Shown here: piece after piece, positions 36,745-50,189 of the stretch
How the letters are laid out: each line of letters opens with the position of its first letter
How positions within the stretch are numbered: the stretch's first letter is position 1
Assembly (NCBI GenBank): GCA_965235115.1
Contig: OZ249436.1
Span: forward strand, 3,660,001 to 3,724,000
Direction: 5' to 3'
DNA: 64,000 nt
DNA from: Laetmonice hystrix
Taxonomy: Eukaryota
Translations under genes and position numbers: made by a program
The notes under the pieces: model-generated
Told to the model about the DNA's origin: nothing
What the model saw: the letters and a program-made list of their open reading frames with translations, nothing else
Database searches by the model: none

Positions 36745-37221
36745 TACGAAGCTGTATTAGGGCCATGGCAAAAGAAAATCACAAAAAAAGTCTAACCCGT
36801 ACGTACGCCTTAGTAACCCGTACGTACGACTTAGTAACCAGTACGTACGACTTAGTAACCCGTACGTACGACTTAGTAACCCGTACGTACGACTTAGTAA
36901 CCCGTACGTACGACTTAGTAACCCGTACGTACGACTTAGTAACCCGTACGTACGACTTAGTAACCCGTACGTACGACTTAGTAACCCGTACGTACAACTT
37001 AGTAACCCGTACGTACGGGTTACTAAAAGTCGTACGTACGGGTCAGACTTTTTTCACAGTGAACACAAAGAGTCGTATGTACGATTTTTAGTAACCCGTA
37101 CGTACGGGTTAGTAAGTCGTACGTACGGGTTACTAAGTCGTACGTACGGGTTACTAAGTCGTACGTACGGGTTAGACTTTTTTGCGATTTTTTTTTGCCA
37201 TGGCCCTAATACAGCTTCGTA
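36745..37221. mobile_element. MITE with TAC...GTA termini and 6-bp target duplication (IS3EU-like), with internal 21-bp tandem repeats
   Basis: GGGGGC|TACGAAGCTGTATTAGGGCCATGGCAAAA...TTTTGCCATGGCCCTAATACAGCTTCGTA|GGGGGC; internal ttagtaacccgtacgtacgac about 11 times forward and a few times inverted. Confidence 0.8.
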
Positions 37222-38605
37222 GGGGGCAAATTGTCTCCTGGCACCCCTCCAAATATCAGCTGAAGGTGCGGTATCACTGTGTCGGACGTAGCGAGTGGGT
37301 TCTGGCGCAGTGGTGGAGTCGAAGCTGCCTTGAATAGAACATAAATATGTCATTTAAGTGCCCCAGTGGCTGTAATTCGGGAAGTCTACCTAATTTTTGT
37401 ACAGTACCTGCGCCGTCATTAAATATACAATGTATGTTGTATTATGTCTGCAGTAACTTGTATGATGGAACAGATAATTTACAATAAAGTGTCTTGCGGT
37501 ACACCACAAAACAGCTTTGGTTATTCATATTTCACAGTGACAATCTGAAGTTTGGTTTTAAATTTCCTGTTTCAGTGACAGATCTGGGTAATTACGAAAA
37601 ACATTACAAAATATGAATAAAAGACAATATGAACTGTCCTGGTCAATTTGTTAGCAGAAGCAATCCTTGCAGGGCCCGGGCCCAGTTCGTAAACTTAAGA
37701 TATTGCTTAGGCTAAGCAAGCAAGGTCTTAGTTGTCACAAACCGAGTCCAGGATTGGGTAGTGTACCTGTGGTGTACCTAACCGTTTTGACCTTTCTAAA
37801 ACCGATTCAGGTCTAATAGGCCGTGGAGGTGAAGGTATGAAATCCTGGAGGTCACTTGGAGGTCACCTGGAGGCATGTTAATCACTTCCTGTGTCAAACT
37901 CCCTGGGATACAGAACTTGGAATGAATGATCACCGCAGTTAGTCGCCAGAATGTTCATGATGTTATTCCAGGCAACAACTAGTAGACGTATTAGTTTTAT
38001 TTTTGGGCCTTGCGTAACTCGACAATCGTATTATGAGGATCCTATTCTTACGCCCTAAATTTAAGCTATTAACTGGATTCAGATTGTTCTACACATAGTT
38101 TCTCCTTCAAAACACCAACAAAAAGATTTCAGAGGTGAGGCAGAGAGAGTGAGCAGAATCTGGTACTTTTAATACGATCTGAGAATCGGTTCCCTACATT
38201 CATAGAAAATATCACTTGACACGGCAGTATAAAATTAACGTAACTTTATTTCGAGGCCGTTTAGCCTTAAAGTTCATATTCACACCAGATCAATAAATGC
38301 AATTAGTTGTGATGAATGAACATTGATAACATTTCACGGACATGAGTGCAAGGGCCGAACAAGCGGCCCATAACACCACCCATACAAGCGCTGAAACATT
38401 CACAAGTCTTAAACTACCCACGTCAAACCCTTTCACCCTGTACAGTGCTGCCGCAGGTGACTTTTTGTTAAACTAGTACTTATCCCGACACACGCTTTTT
38501 GAGTTAACTCTTTTCTCAGCACTTCACTTTTTTAAAACTTTTGTTAGTCATTTCCTAAACAACAGAAATATGATTGGTGGAGAAAAATGCGAATCAGCCA
38601 CACAA

Positions 38606-39181
38606 ATTACTACATGCATTTCTTCTGTCCATTCCGGGAATTACTACATGCATTCCTTCCGTCCATTCCGGGAATTACTACATGCATTCCTTCTGTCCAT
38701 TCCGGGAATAACTACATGCATTCCTTCTGTCCATTCCGGGAATTACCACATGCATTCCTTCTGTCCATTCCGGGAATTACTACATGCATTCCTTCTGTCC
38801 ATTCCGGGAATTACCACATGCATTCCTTCTGTCCATTCCGGGAATTACTACATGCATTCCTTCTGTCCATTCCGGGAATTACTACATGCATTCCTTCTGT
38901 CCATTCCGGGAATTACTACATGCATTCCTTCTGTCCATTCCGGGAATTACCACATGCATTCCTTCTGTCCATTCCGGGAATTACTACATGCATTCCTTCT
39001 GTCCATTCCGGGAATTACTACATGCATTCCTTCTGTCCATTCCGGGAATTACTACATGCATTCCTTCTGTCCATTCCGGGAATTACTACATGCATTCCTT
39101 CTGTCCATTCCGGGAATTACTACATGCATTCCTTCTGTCCATTCTGGGAATTACTACATGCATTTCTTCTGTCCATTCCGG
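38606..39181. repeat. 34-bp tandem array, about 17 copies
   Basis: Unit aattactacatgcattccttctgtccattccggg. Confidence 0.96.
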
Positions 39182-40131
39182 GGCCTCTTGGGCCACACTG
39201 AGCGACAACCTTTACTGACTACAGGCTGGCACAAAACTAACTGTAATGTGATTATTACATGCAGCACCTTGCTCATAATTAGCTAACGTTTTTTATGGTT
39301 TGTATTTTTGAAGGCGGGTGGTGGTTGGGGGGGGGGTCTACACGACATACTTTACAGACTTATCGAACGCAAATAACACTAAACGCCATCTACAAAAATT
39401 ATATGTAATATCCGTGCCAATATTCTGCTGGGATATTCACGATACAACTGGAACTATCTACTTACATCGCAAATCAAATACTAGGTCAGATTACCGCATT
39501 TAGCACAGAAAATAATAACCAGCGTAACAGTCAGAAAATAACAGCGTAACAGTCAAACAAACACTACCTTTGCTGTTATATAATGTGCAATTTTCCATAC
39601 GCAACAACAAAATATTATATTACATGTAATAACTAAAAGAAAGAAAAAAAAAGAAATATGAAAGGAAGACGCCAAACTGCCTGCTAACTGTTTCCGAGTT
39701 TTACTTTACTTATAATATATAAACCAACATTAGCACAGAGTTTCACACACCAAGATATCAATGTACCACTTTCCCTTTGGTCACAGCTGGGGGTCAGAAT
39801 TAATTAAATCATATTTCTATGCCTTTCTAACCTTTCTAAAATCAGTCAGTCCTGCCCTGTTAGTGTTTCAAAATCTTACTGGTAAGTTTCTTTTCTAAAT
39901 TTGGCTAAAGTCCACCCTACAACACAATCACATGTACCGGTACATAGCTGACATCATTTTTAAAAACAATTTGTCCTCTTGCCTGTATTTAAATTAAAAT
40001 ATATCACAGTTAGCTATACAATGCGGAAAAAGATGCTTTGCACATCTCTTCAAAATATAATGGCCAAAGGAATTCCATGACTGGCTGAGACAGTCTGACA
40101 TTAACTGATACCTCAATCACATTTCATGGGT

Positions 40132-40566
40132 AACGAAACATTATAATAGCTGTCACATCCTAAATCATATCATTTATACCGACTGAACGAAACATTATAA
40201 TAGCTGTCACATCCTAAATCATATCATTTATACCGACTGAACGAAACATTATAATAGCTGTCACATCCTAAATCATATCATTTATACCGACTGAATGAAA
40301 CATTATAATAGCTGTCACATCCTAAATCATATCATTTATACTGACTGAATGAAACATTATAATAGCTGTCACATCCTAAATCATATCATTTATACCGACT
40401 GAATGAAACATTATAATAGTTGTCACATCCTAAATCATATCATTTATACCGACTGACTGAAACATTATAATAGTTGTCACATCCTAAATCATATTATTTA
40501 TACCGACTGAATGAAACATTATAATAGCTGTCACATCCTAAATCATATCATTTATACCGACTGAAT
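40132..40566. repeat. 54-bp tandem array, 8 copies
   Basis: Unit aacgaaacattataatagctgtcacatcctaaatcatatcatttataccgactg. Confidence 0.96.
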
Positions 40567-42813
40567 ATTTAGAACGCAGTGCAGTAAAGACAACAACATT
40601 CAGTAAGAGCCATGATGATTCAAGTATTAAAGACCGTCCAGTTAACCTCACTGGACATGATCTAAACTAAGACTTCACCTTTGAAGGCTCTGCAGTGTAG
40701 TGTAGTGAATTATACACTTTCAAACACCACCCAAATCTGACGCCCTTTTCACTGTAGACATCATTCGTGGGCAACCTTGCGATGACTGCAAGAACCGGTA
40801 ATCAGGGTAGAGACAGTACCCTGACTACGGGCGCTTACATATTACCGGGTACAATGTACTCACATGTTCCATATATTCTCACACATTTTGACGACCACTT
40901 ATTCAGAAAGTCAGCGACTCCACCAACTTTTACCAGGAAATACCATGGGACAATAAGCCATTACCCAAAGGACTTAACTTACGTTTGTAAACTGGGACTA
41001 CAGGTGGGGTTTTTCCCAAATATAAGGAAAAAAACTCTTTTATCTTGAAAGCCAAATTTCAACCAACTGGATATAATACCAAGGTGGTCTTCATTCTGAC
41101 ATAAGAAAGGAAAAAGAAAAGAAAAAAACACGGTACATTTTGAGAAATGGGTAAACGGCCAACTTGGCCAAGGTTTTACTTTTAAATTATTTATAATACT
41201 TTTACAATACCATCATGGGACAGGATAGCCAATATCAAAAACAAGCTTTTCTAACCTCTCAAGTCTAAACTCCACCAAAACAATAAGTAAAAATGGCTTG
41301 TGACCGACTGTGTGTGTTACGTGTTGGAGTACTTCTCCGATATATATGAACATCAGGAACTGGCCGTTGCTGAGAGGAGGATGGGACATATCAGTCTGTC
41401 ATTTTCTCAGTTTCCCTATGTACACAATTATGTTCATACAATTGGCCATTTCCCCATCTAGAAACAATTGGTCCAATTCATCAAACCATAAAAAATAAAA
41501 TATAATTTTGATACACAGATCGTGCATGACACAGAGATACTACACTCATGACCTTATAGATACATAACTGTTCACGTTCCATTCCGTATATATCAGTTTA
41601 TAAAAGGATACAATTGATAACAGTATTATTCAAATATAGAAACAACATATACAACCAGTATATCAAATTGTGTAAACATGAGTGTCGAAAGCTACTGTGG
41701 TATAAATCAACAAGTACGATTGATACATGCGTGCGAAAGGCGAGGTGAACTGGACGCCATTCTTCTAACCTTAACATCTTGCTTAAACTTAAGCAATATC
41801 TTAAGATTATCAGAACTGTGCCCTGGACGCATTGTGAAAGCTCCATTGTAGTTTGTCAATGACTGCGCACATACAGGCAACAACACTAAAGATTTCCCCC
41901 ATGAAAATAGACAACATTGTCATTCTCCCATGACAGGTCATTAAAATAGGAAAAATCTGGAATTCTGTATCCTTGGGAGATATTCACAGCACCAATCTCC
42001 CGACAAAAATACTGAAGCCACGACATCTCTCCGCCTACACTCAACAACATTTACCTGCTTCGGTTTATAGTAACGCTACATGAACGACTGTCACTAACAT
42101 TTCAAATACTACCATAGAATCTACTGACCGCGAACAACGCAGCTAGCTTTAAATACTTTAAACGCTATTAACATGGAAGTTTGGAAACGGTATGCCAAAT
42201 ATTTCTAAAACTGAATGTGGGACTTAAAACCTGAGCAGGATAGAAAATATGCAGAAAGAAATATTCTCGTTAGACACTGATGTACAATTAGCATGTTGAT
42301 ATGCAATGAATGTCGACTGGAGGAATGATTTGGTCCTCGCTGTATTGTTTCAGTCTCATGTCGTGTGCATATTTTATCTTACAGACACATCCATAGGTTT
42401 TCCTACTAAGAAATGATTTTCATTCTAATTTACCTACCATGGTATTAAGCTACCTTTATTTTTCAAATATAAATTTCAGTTATGCAGGCACCAAGATTAA
42501 CCTTTGACCTTTACAGCACCATCTTTATCAAGCAAACATAACAATCAAATACATTTCACACTGCCAACCATAACATAAGAAGATTAGACCGAATTTTACT
42601 TTGACATACATTATAATATTAACATGACATAGCAGATCAGACTTTGTGCACAGAATCGGTTTCATAACCAGTAAAACTCGAGACACCGAGAGTTAATTGT
42701 CCTTGTCGCCTACATTAAAACAAGGAATACAACTTGGTATTCTATTAGGCCTACATCTTTATCAACAGTGGTAATTCTGACCTGGCTGCTAGCCTGGCTA
42801 ACCCCAAGGCACC

Positions 42814-44210
42814 ACTGTGGGACATGGTACAGCGTGTGAATCAGAAACTAGCATTGCGTAATGTTCTACCATAGACTGTGGGACACTATGGTACAGCGTG
42901 TGAATCAGAAACTAGCACTGCGTAATGTTCTACCATAGACTGTGGGACACTATGGTACAGCGTGTGAATCAGAAACTAGCATTGCGTAATGTTCTACCAT
43001 AGACTGTGGGACACTATGGTACAGCGTGTGAATCAGAAACTAGCATTGCGTAATGTTCTACCATAGACTGTGGGACACTATGGTACAGCATGTGAATCAG
43101 AAACTAGCACTGCGTAATGTTCTACCATAGACTGTGGGACACTATGGTACAGCGTGTGAATCAGAAACTAGCACTGCGTAATGTTCTACCATAGACTGTG
43201 GGACACTATGGTACAGCGTGTGAATCAGAAACTAGCACTGCGTAATGTTCTACCATAGACTGTGGGACACTATGGTACAGCGTGTGAATCAGAAACTAGC
43301 ATTGCGTAATGTTCTACCATAGACTGTGGGACATGGTACAGCGTGTGAATCAGAAACTAGCACTGCGTAATGTTCTACCATAGACTGTGGGACACTATGG
43401 TACAGCGTGTGAATCAGAAACTAGCATTGCGTAATGTTCTACCATAGACTGTGGGACACTATGGTACAGCGTGTGAATCAGAAACTAGCACTGCGTAATG
43501 TTCTACCATAGACTGTGGGACACTATGGTACAGCGTGTGAATCAGAAACTAGCATTGCGTAATGTTCTACCATAGACTGTGGGACACTATGGTACAGCGT
43601 GTGAATCAGAAACTAGCATTGCGTAATGTTCTACCATAGACTGTGGGACACTATGGTACAGCGTGTGAATCAGAAACTAGCACTGCGTAATGTTCTACCA
43701 TAGACTGTGGGACACTATGGTACAGCGTGTGAATCAGAAACTAGCATTGCGTAATGTTCTACCATAGACTGTGGGACACTATGGTACAGCGTGTGAATCA
43801 GAAACTAGCACTGCGTAATGTTCTACCATAGACTGTGGGACACTATGGTACAGCGTGTGAATCAGAAACTAGCACTGCGTAATGTTCTACCATAGACTGT
43901 GGGACACTATGGTACAGCGTGTGAATCAGAAACTAGCACTGCGTAATGTTCTACCATAGACTGTGGGACACTATGGTACAGCGTGTGAATCAGAAACTAG
44001 CATTGCGTAATGTTCTACCATAGACTGTGGGACACTATGGTACAGCGTGTGAATCAGAAACTAGCACTGCGTAATGTTCTACCATAGACTGTGGGACACT
44101 ATGGTACAGCGTGTGAATCAGAAACTAGCATTGCGTAATGTTCTACCATAGACTGTGGGACACTATGGTACAGCGTGTGAATCAGAAACTAGCATTGCTT
44201 AATGTTCTAC
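42814..44210. repeat. 64-bp tandem array, about 22 copies
   Basis: Unit actgtgggacactatggtacagcgtgtgaatcagaaactagcaYtgcgtaatgttctaccatag. Confidence 0.97.
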
Positions 44211-45810
44211 AATAAATGTATTATGGCACTCCACAGACACTAAATTTCTTAGACAATTTTTAGACTTGAGAACTCTCAGTTAGTTTTCCCTACTTTCTTC
44301 AAATCTTGCACCCTAGAAACTTCTGGCCTGCGTTTCTAGCCTGCACCTCAAGATGTCGCAAAGCCTTAATGTCAAATCCTGCCAAGATAAGATAAATATC
44401 CTGAAAAACACTTCTTTTGGTAACAGCTCGTCTTGTTAGTGTATGAATTAGGTATAATAAACGGGCAAAAAAACTAATTAACTTATGCCTGACAGTGCAA
44501 TCTAATTAAAACTGAATGAGGAAATCTTTTATAATACAAATTACAATATGATGTAATATTACAATTTGGTCAGATTTCTACCTCCTAAAAAAAGATGTTT
44601 GTTTTGGCAATCGGTGTGTGTCAGTATTGATAGAGATGTATTTTATAAGATCTCAGAGTTAAGATGATATTTGTAATCTATAAAGATATCACCCAGACAG
44701 CCAACATTTAATATATACCACCTTGGTATGGCAGCACCTTTAAATGCACACGTGTACTTTTTGAAGTCCTCTAACAGTGATTAATCTGTTTCTATTATTG
44801 AAGACACCAGCCTGTAGACACGTCATCCACCATTCTATCCTGCCAAAGTTAACTGTCAACCTCAGCAGTTTATTTAACCTCCTTGATCATCGGTTTCCAT
44901 ATTGAACTCTGAATGACATGTAGAAAGAATACTTTCCATTAGACGAGAGGAAACGTAATGGATATAATTATTTCATCCACCTTTCACTTCAGGTGGATGA
45001 TGTCAGCAAGGAATAAAAGTCCCAAATACAAATAAATAAACCATAAGATAAGTAAATCACTGAACTGTTAGGAATCTTTGCCCCATCATTGCAGCCTATC
45101 TAGGCATTTGTGGAATAATTACTACCCGTATAAGTAGATACATGTAACACCACAAGTTCCAACTTCACCTCAAAGTTAGTTTGTATCTTTCCTACTTATC
45201 ATTTCTTCCCACTCTTCTATGTCATCAGTGAATAATTAATCTAGGAAATTAAAGAACATATGGTATTGCTCATTATCTTGATGTTTGATTTATATACCAC
45301 TGTAGTGTAAATACTTCAGTAAGCACTTGTTATGAGCAAGACACTCTGACATAAATCCTGTACATGGTAGTGCCCACTCTGATCAAGGTCACAAAACAAT
45401 GAAGTCACAGTACAATTGTTGAGATAACATGGCAAGGAAACCATGCTATCTTCAAATATATCTCAATGTTTATCAATTAATCTCCACCAACTGACCCCTT
45501 TATTTCTATACTCTGCAAATAACAGTCTGAAAAAAAGACAGAATTCTGAGAAAAATTAAGAAAGACGTAAGAGTTTTTGAAGTATTTTGTCTCTAACATT
45601 TCATCTGTGTGCACTCGTCAACCATATTTTGCTGTAAGTCAGGCGTCTGTCTTACACTGCATTATGTTCAACAGCAGCTTATCCAGGTGATATACCCTAA
45701 ATAAGTTGTCAGCCGCTATGTCTGGTAGAGTTCTACTCTTACATCATGTACCGAGTGCCTATTTGTGATATGAGTGGCAGTACTTTCTGTTGTTTTAGTT
45801 TCCTTAACCA

Positions 45811-46313
45811 CACTACGACTCCTGTCTGATGGACCTCCACTTGTATTACCATTACGCTGAGTCTGACTATCACACTATCTGACATTCTCACTACGACTCC
45901 TGTCTGATGGACCTCCACTTGTATTGAGATCACCATTACGCTGAGTCTGACTATCACACTATCTGACATTCTCACTACGACTCCTGTCTGGTGGACCTCC
46001 ACTTGTATTGAGATCACCATTACGCTGAGTCTGACTATCACACTATCTGACATTCTCACTACGACTCCTGTCTGATGGACCTCCACTTGTATTGAGATCA
46101 CCATTACGCTGAGTCTGACTATCACACTATCTGACATTCTCACTACGACTCCTGTCTGATGGACCTCCACTTGTATTGAGATCACCATTACGCTGAGTCT
46201 GACTATCACACTATCTGACATTCTCACTACGACTCCTGTCTGATGGACCTCCACTTGTATTGAGATCACCATTACGCTGAGTCTGGCTATCCATCACACT
46301 ATCTGACATTCTC
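45811..46313 (-). repeat. 84-bp tandem array, about 6 copies, overlapping the 3' end of the Josephin CDS
   Basis: Minus-strand unit gagaatgtcagatagtgtgatagtcagactcagcgtaatggtgatctcaatacaagtggaggtccatcagacaggagtcgtagt. Confidence 0.95.
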
Positions 46314-47900
46314 TTGGACCTTTGATCCAATACCTTACCATGGCCATCAATGTCCACTGGTGTCATTTCCGGCTGACTCCTTCTTTTCCCACCTTTGGAG
46401 CTCTCGCTCTCCTTGCCATGTTTGTCCGACTTACTTACAGTGCGGTGAATCTCTATAGGCACATAGTCTTTGTAATATTTTTTTAAATGCTTTGGCTTTT
46501 CCCCAGTTTCTGTGACAATACGCGTGTCTACACTGAAGTCGACATCTTGATTCTTGTCTTCAGATTGTGCAAGTGGGGCAGTCTTTCTTTTATTTTTATT
46601 ATTATCACTTTTCACACTCGAGTCCCGCTTGTAGTCCACCTCTGTGGTCTTCTCTGATTTTGTTTTTGCCACAGGTCGCCACCAGGTGGCGGCTGATGAA
46701 ACTTGTTGCGTGACAACAAGAAGTAGCTCCTTCTCCTTACACTCCATTTCCTCGCGCAGGTAGTTACGGAGATCTATATCTTTGCCAATTACTTCAGGTG
46801 TCTCTAACTTGCTGTCTAGATTATAGTAGTTTTGGCCAAGTTTTCGGATTACGATCCAATGTTTTCGTCGTAGAGGTAACCTTAGTATGCCCCACTTGTA
46901 ATCCATTGGAATGTTCAGGATGAAGCCTTGGATATTTTCTAGAACTAATCCATCAATGTCCCTATAGAAGAAAAGAGTTTTACAATTCCAGTTATAATAT
47001 ATAGAATAAAACTCATTAGAAAGTGGATGGCCTCAACGGGAACAAAAACTACACAATCTTGATCACCAATATATTTTTGCATCCGACTATAAATCATTGA
47101 CCATAAATCATAAAGACCATCTTTATACAATAATTCACAATTCCTGAAAAGAATTAGAATAAAAAAAGCTATTGCTGATGAAGCTCAAAAATACTAAAAA
47201 TATACTCTCAAAAAAAAAAAAAGGAAATAATGAAAGAATTACTTACTTTCTTTTATCAAACCAGACAGTATCACAGCTCTTTGTCTGTAGTGCTGCCATG
47301 ACAACATTGACATCATAGTTTCCAAGACCCAACATACTCTTATGAGGATTAACATATGCATCTGGGGACAACCTGGGGAAAAAAGAAACTTTTCAGTGTT
47401 AGCTGTCGAATGTATGTTTAATAATAGTCAAGGCAGTTTTATTTTCGACTGGACTAACATCCTGACTTGTTACCACCGTGGGAATTTAATCAAAAGGATC
47501 ACGAAACGACCAGAAATAATGCCAAGATAAGATTGACATCAATGATAACTTTAGGCAGATTCCAATTTTTAATATTGATTGTAAAATAATGTATTGTTTA
47601 CACTTTGCAGGGACATCAGGGGTCGTCTCACAACCTCTGGTCAGCTTGTCATATCTTTTTATGCCAATGGAAATTTTAATGGACGACAGGTTAACGATGT
47701 TTGTGAAACCCATCCCAGATCTAGTCAACTTACTGGTAACAAATGCTGTCAAAATCCCTTTTTGTGAACACCTTTTCTTGGAAAAGGTTGTTGAGTGCAT
47801 GCAGTGCACAGAGTTCACGTGACTGTTTCTCATGGTAGATGATACCATCTGGGGCCTTGCTGACCCGGTGTCCTCGAACATCATTCTTTACGCAAGACAT
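46211..47900 (-). CDS. Josephin-domain deubiquitinase (JOSD1/JOSD2-like), about 347 aa with a long C-terminal extension
   Basis: Exons (minus strand): 47734-47900 (MSCVK...[21 protein letters not shown], catalytic Cys), 47247-47372 ([22 protein letters not shown]...WFDKR), 46211-46961 (GFILNIP...RKHWIVIRK...YYNLDSKL, catalytic His/Asp). Phases consistent. Probable non-coding first exon with donor at 50567 (CAG|GTGAGT on minus). JOSD1 versus JOSD2 cannot be assigned. Confidence 0.93.
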
Positions 47901-50039
47901 CCTACCACCAAACACGCACACAGCACTGATACCAGCTCCTACGCCTCACCATCATGACACCACCTTAACTGGAACAATAACGATAAAGATGCTGACTGAT
48001 ATACACATCAATTTCCCACTGATATGCAATTTCCCACCCACTATAAGGAAAAGATTCTTAGGCCATTAAAACATATTAAATACATGTACCTCAGTCACTG
48101 AATTTAAATTGTCATAGGTGTGACAAAGTGGAAAACAAGCGAAACCTGCTCTTGCTTAAATTTACTGAAAAGATTAGGTAGTATAGTAAAAACTCCTTGG
48201 CCTTGAAGAATGTGGCCATTGTCCATACCCCTACGGCAAGAATGGTGGAGTGTACGATATGCATCTTAGGCTTTTACAACGGTGAAGCAGAATACCGCAG
48301 CACCTTCTATGTGCCACTGAGCCTAAGGGTGGCCCTGTTGACCACGCGCGGATTACGCGGGGGGGGGGGAAGCTGAGGGGGCTGTGCCCCCCCCCCCCAG
48401 TGTTTTCGTTTAGCGGTCGCCAACTCGCCCAACGCGAGTAAAAAATTCGTCTCAGGGGGCCGACAGGCCGGGGAGGGGAGCCTGGGAGGAGGCTGTCCCT
48501 GCACCCGTTACTTGTCAGGGGCGGGCGTCAGCGTGGCGGAGGGGACCCTATCCCAACACCTGATGTGGTCCGACGGGAGGGCGGTCGTCGGGAGGGCGGT
48601 TTGGGGGTTACCAATTTCAAGGAGCGCTGTCACTTTTGCCACACAACAGCTAAAGATCTTTATGACTTTCAGGCCTCGAATTACAAGTTAAAAGGGGCAC
48701 GGCAAAAATTGCCGTCGAGGGCCTTGTTAAAAGGAGGGCACCACAGCATTTTCAACAAGTTTGGAAGGGCACCACGGCAAATTTACTTCTCCAGGGAGGG
48801 GCACCAAGGCATTTACAATTAAATCTGAATATGCGAAGGTCAATGTCTTGGAAAGTGATCCTGAAGTGATTTAACGAGGTTGAATATAGAATATCTAAAC
48901 TTTGTTGAGGTTTTAAGCTTTTAGAAAGTCGGGTTATTAAGATTGTGAGACAGTGGGGTGTCATCTGGCCTGCGTCCACATTAGGGCACACGACAGCAAG
49001 GGAAAAGGGCATCACGGCACTGGACTGCCGTCGATGAGGCAAAAAATAGGAGGGCACCATGGCAAAAGGAAAGGGCACGACGGCAATTGCCGTCGATGCC
49101 GTCGTGTAATTCGAGGCCTGGACTTTATTAGGCCTATGCCAGGAGGGCAGGCGAAGGGCCCAGCGGCCGAAATGAGTGGGGACTGATGGGAAGAGGTGGC
49201 TGGTCGAGCACCACTTGGGCCGGGAGTGGGGAGGTGGGGGTGGGTGCAAGGCAAGCTGATTGCCGGCGACCCTGAGCCAGACCCCCGGGTAGGGTCCCCT
49301 ACAACGGTCCCCTACCACTACCAGGCGCGTAGCTTCCATTAGGCGCCTGCCTACATATTTTGCCCCAGAAATAAAAAATAGATCTGCCATAAATGCAACA
49401 TTTACTATATATAGCTTACAAATAACAGGAGATGGTTGTTATAGGGCTAAGGGCCTATGTGTAAAATTAAATTAAAATAGATTAAAAAATAAATACCCGG
49501 GTTGATAGTGATTTGCCAACACAGAATGCCCTCAGACCCCCCCCCCCCCTAAAAAAAGTGCCTACACATTTATTTCAGCCAAGCTACACCCCTGCCTACA
49601 GCACAAACACACACCAGTAGTTTGTTGACTGGCAGAATTTATGTCAGTGCTAGGACTGTCACCATATTAAATCAATTATCGTATTAACAGTAGGCCAATC
49701 TATGCGTTTTTTTTGGGGGGGGGGGCGAACAAATGTTCTGTTGGGCGACAAAGTTTGGCAACTTACTTGCCCACATGGGCGACCAAGTATTTCTGCCTAA
49801 TGGAAAACACTGCCCCCCGCTTTCATCAGGGTACCAATCAGAAAATAGGCAAAATTTTGTTGTTCGCAACTGTAAAAGCAAACATTTTGCTTTGTCAGAA
49901 TGCAGGAAATGCCATTTCAGAGACTCTAGATATTCAAAATTGTACGGGGGGCATGCCCCTGGACCCCCTTAGCAGAGCTCAGGCTTCACCCTCGGACGAC
50001 TGCTACGGATAAAGCGGTGCCCCCTTTTCCAAAATCCTG

Positions 50040-50189
50040 GGGCCCGTCTTACTAAGCCGGCGACGTCGCCCGTCAAAATGTCGCCAACGTTAAAGCAATG
50101 GGGTACGTCGCCAGAACGGGTGACATATTACCTTATATGGGCCGGCGACGACCCATTTGGTGACGTCGCCGGCTTAGTAAGACGGGCCC
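50040..50189. mobile_element. 150-bp PIF/Harbinger-like MITE
   Basis: CTG|GGGCCCGTCTTACTAAGCCGGCGACGTC...GACGTCGCCGGCTTAGTAAGACGGGCCC|CTG; 28-bp TIR with 3-bp CWG duplication. Confidence 0.82.

Noticed and set aside
37675..41826. Inverted pair of GGGCCCAGTTC...CTTAAGATATTGCTTA ends 4 kb apart as one large transposon
   Set aside because: Ends are diverged, there is no transposase between them, and they are more simply two independent MITE fragments.
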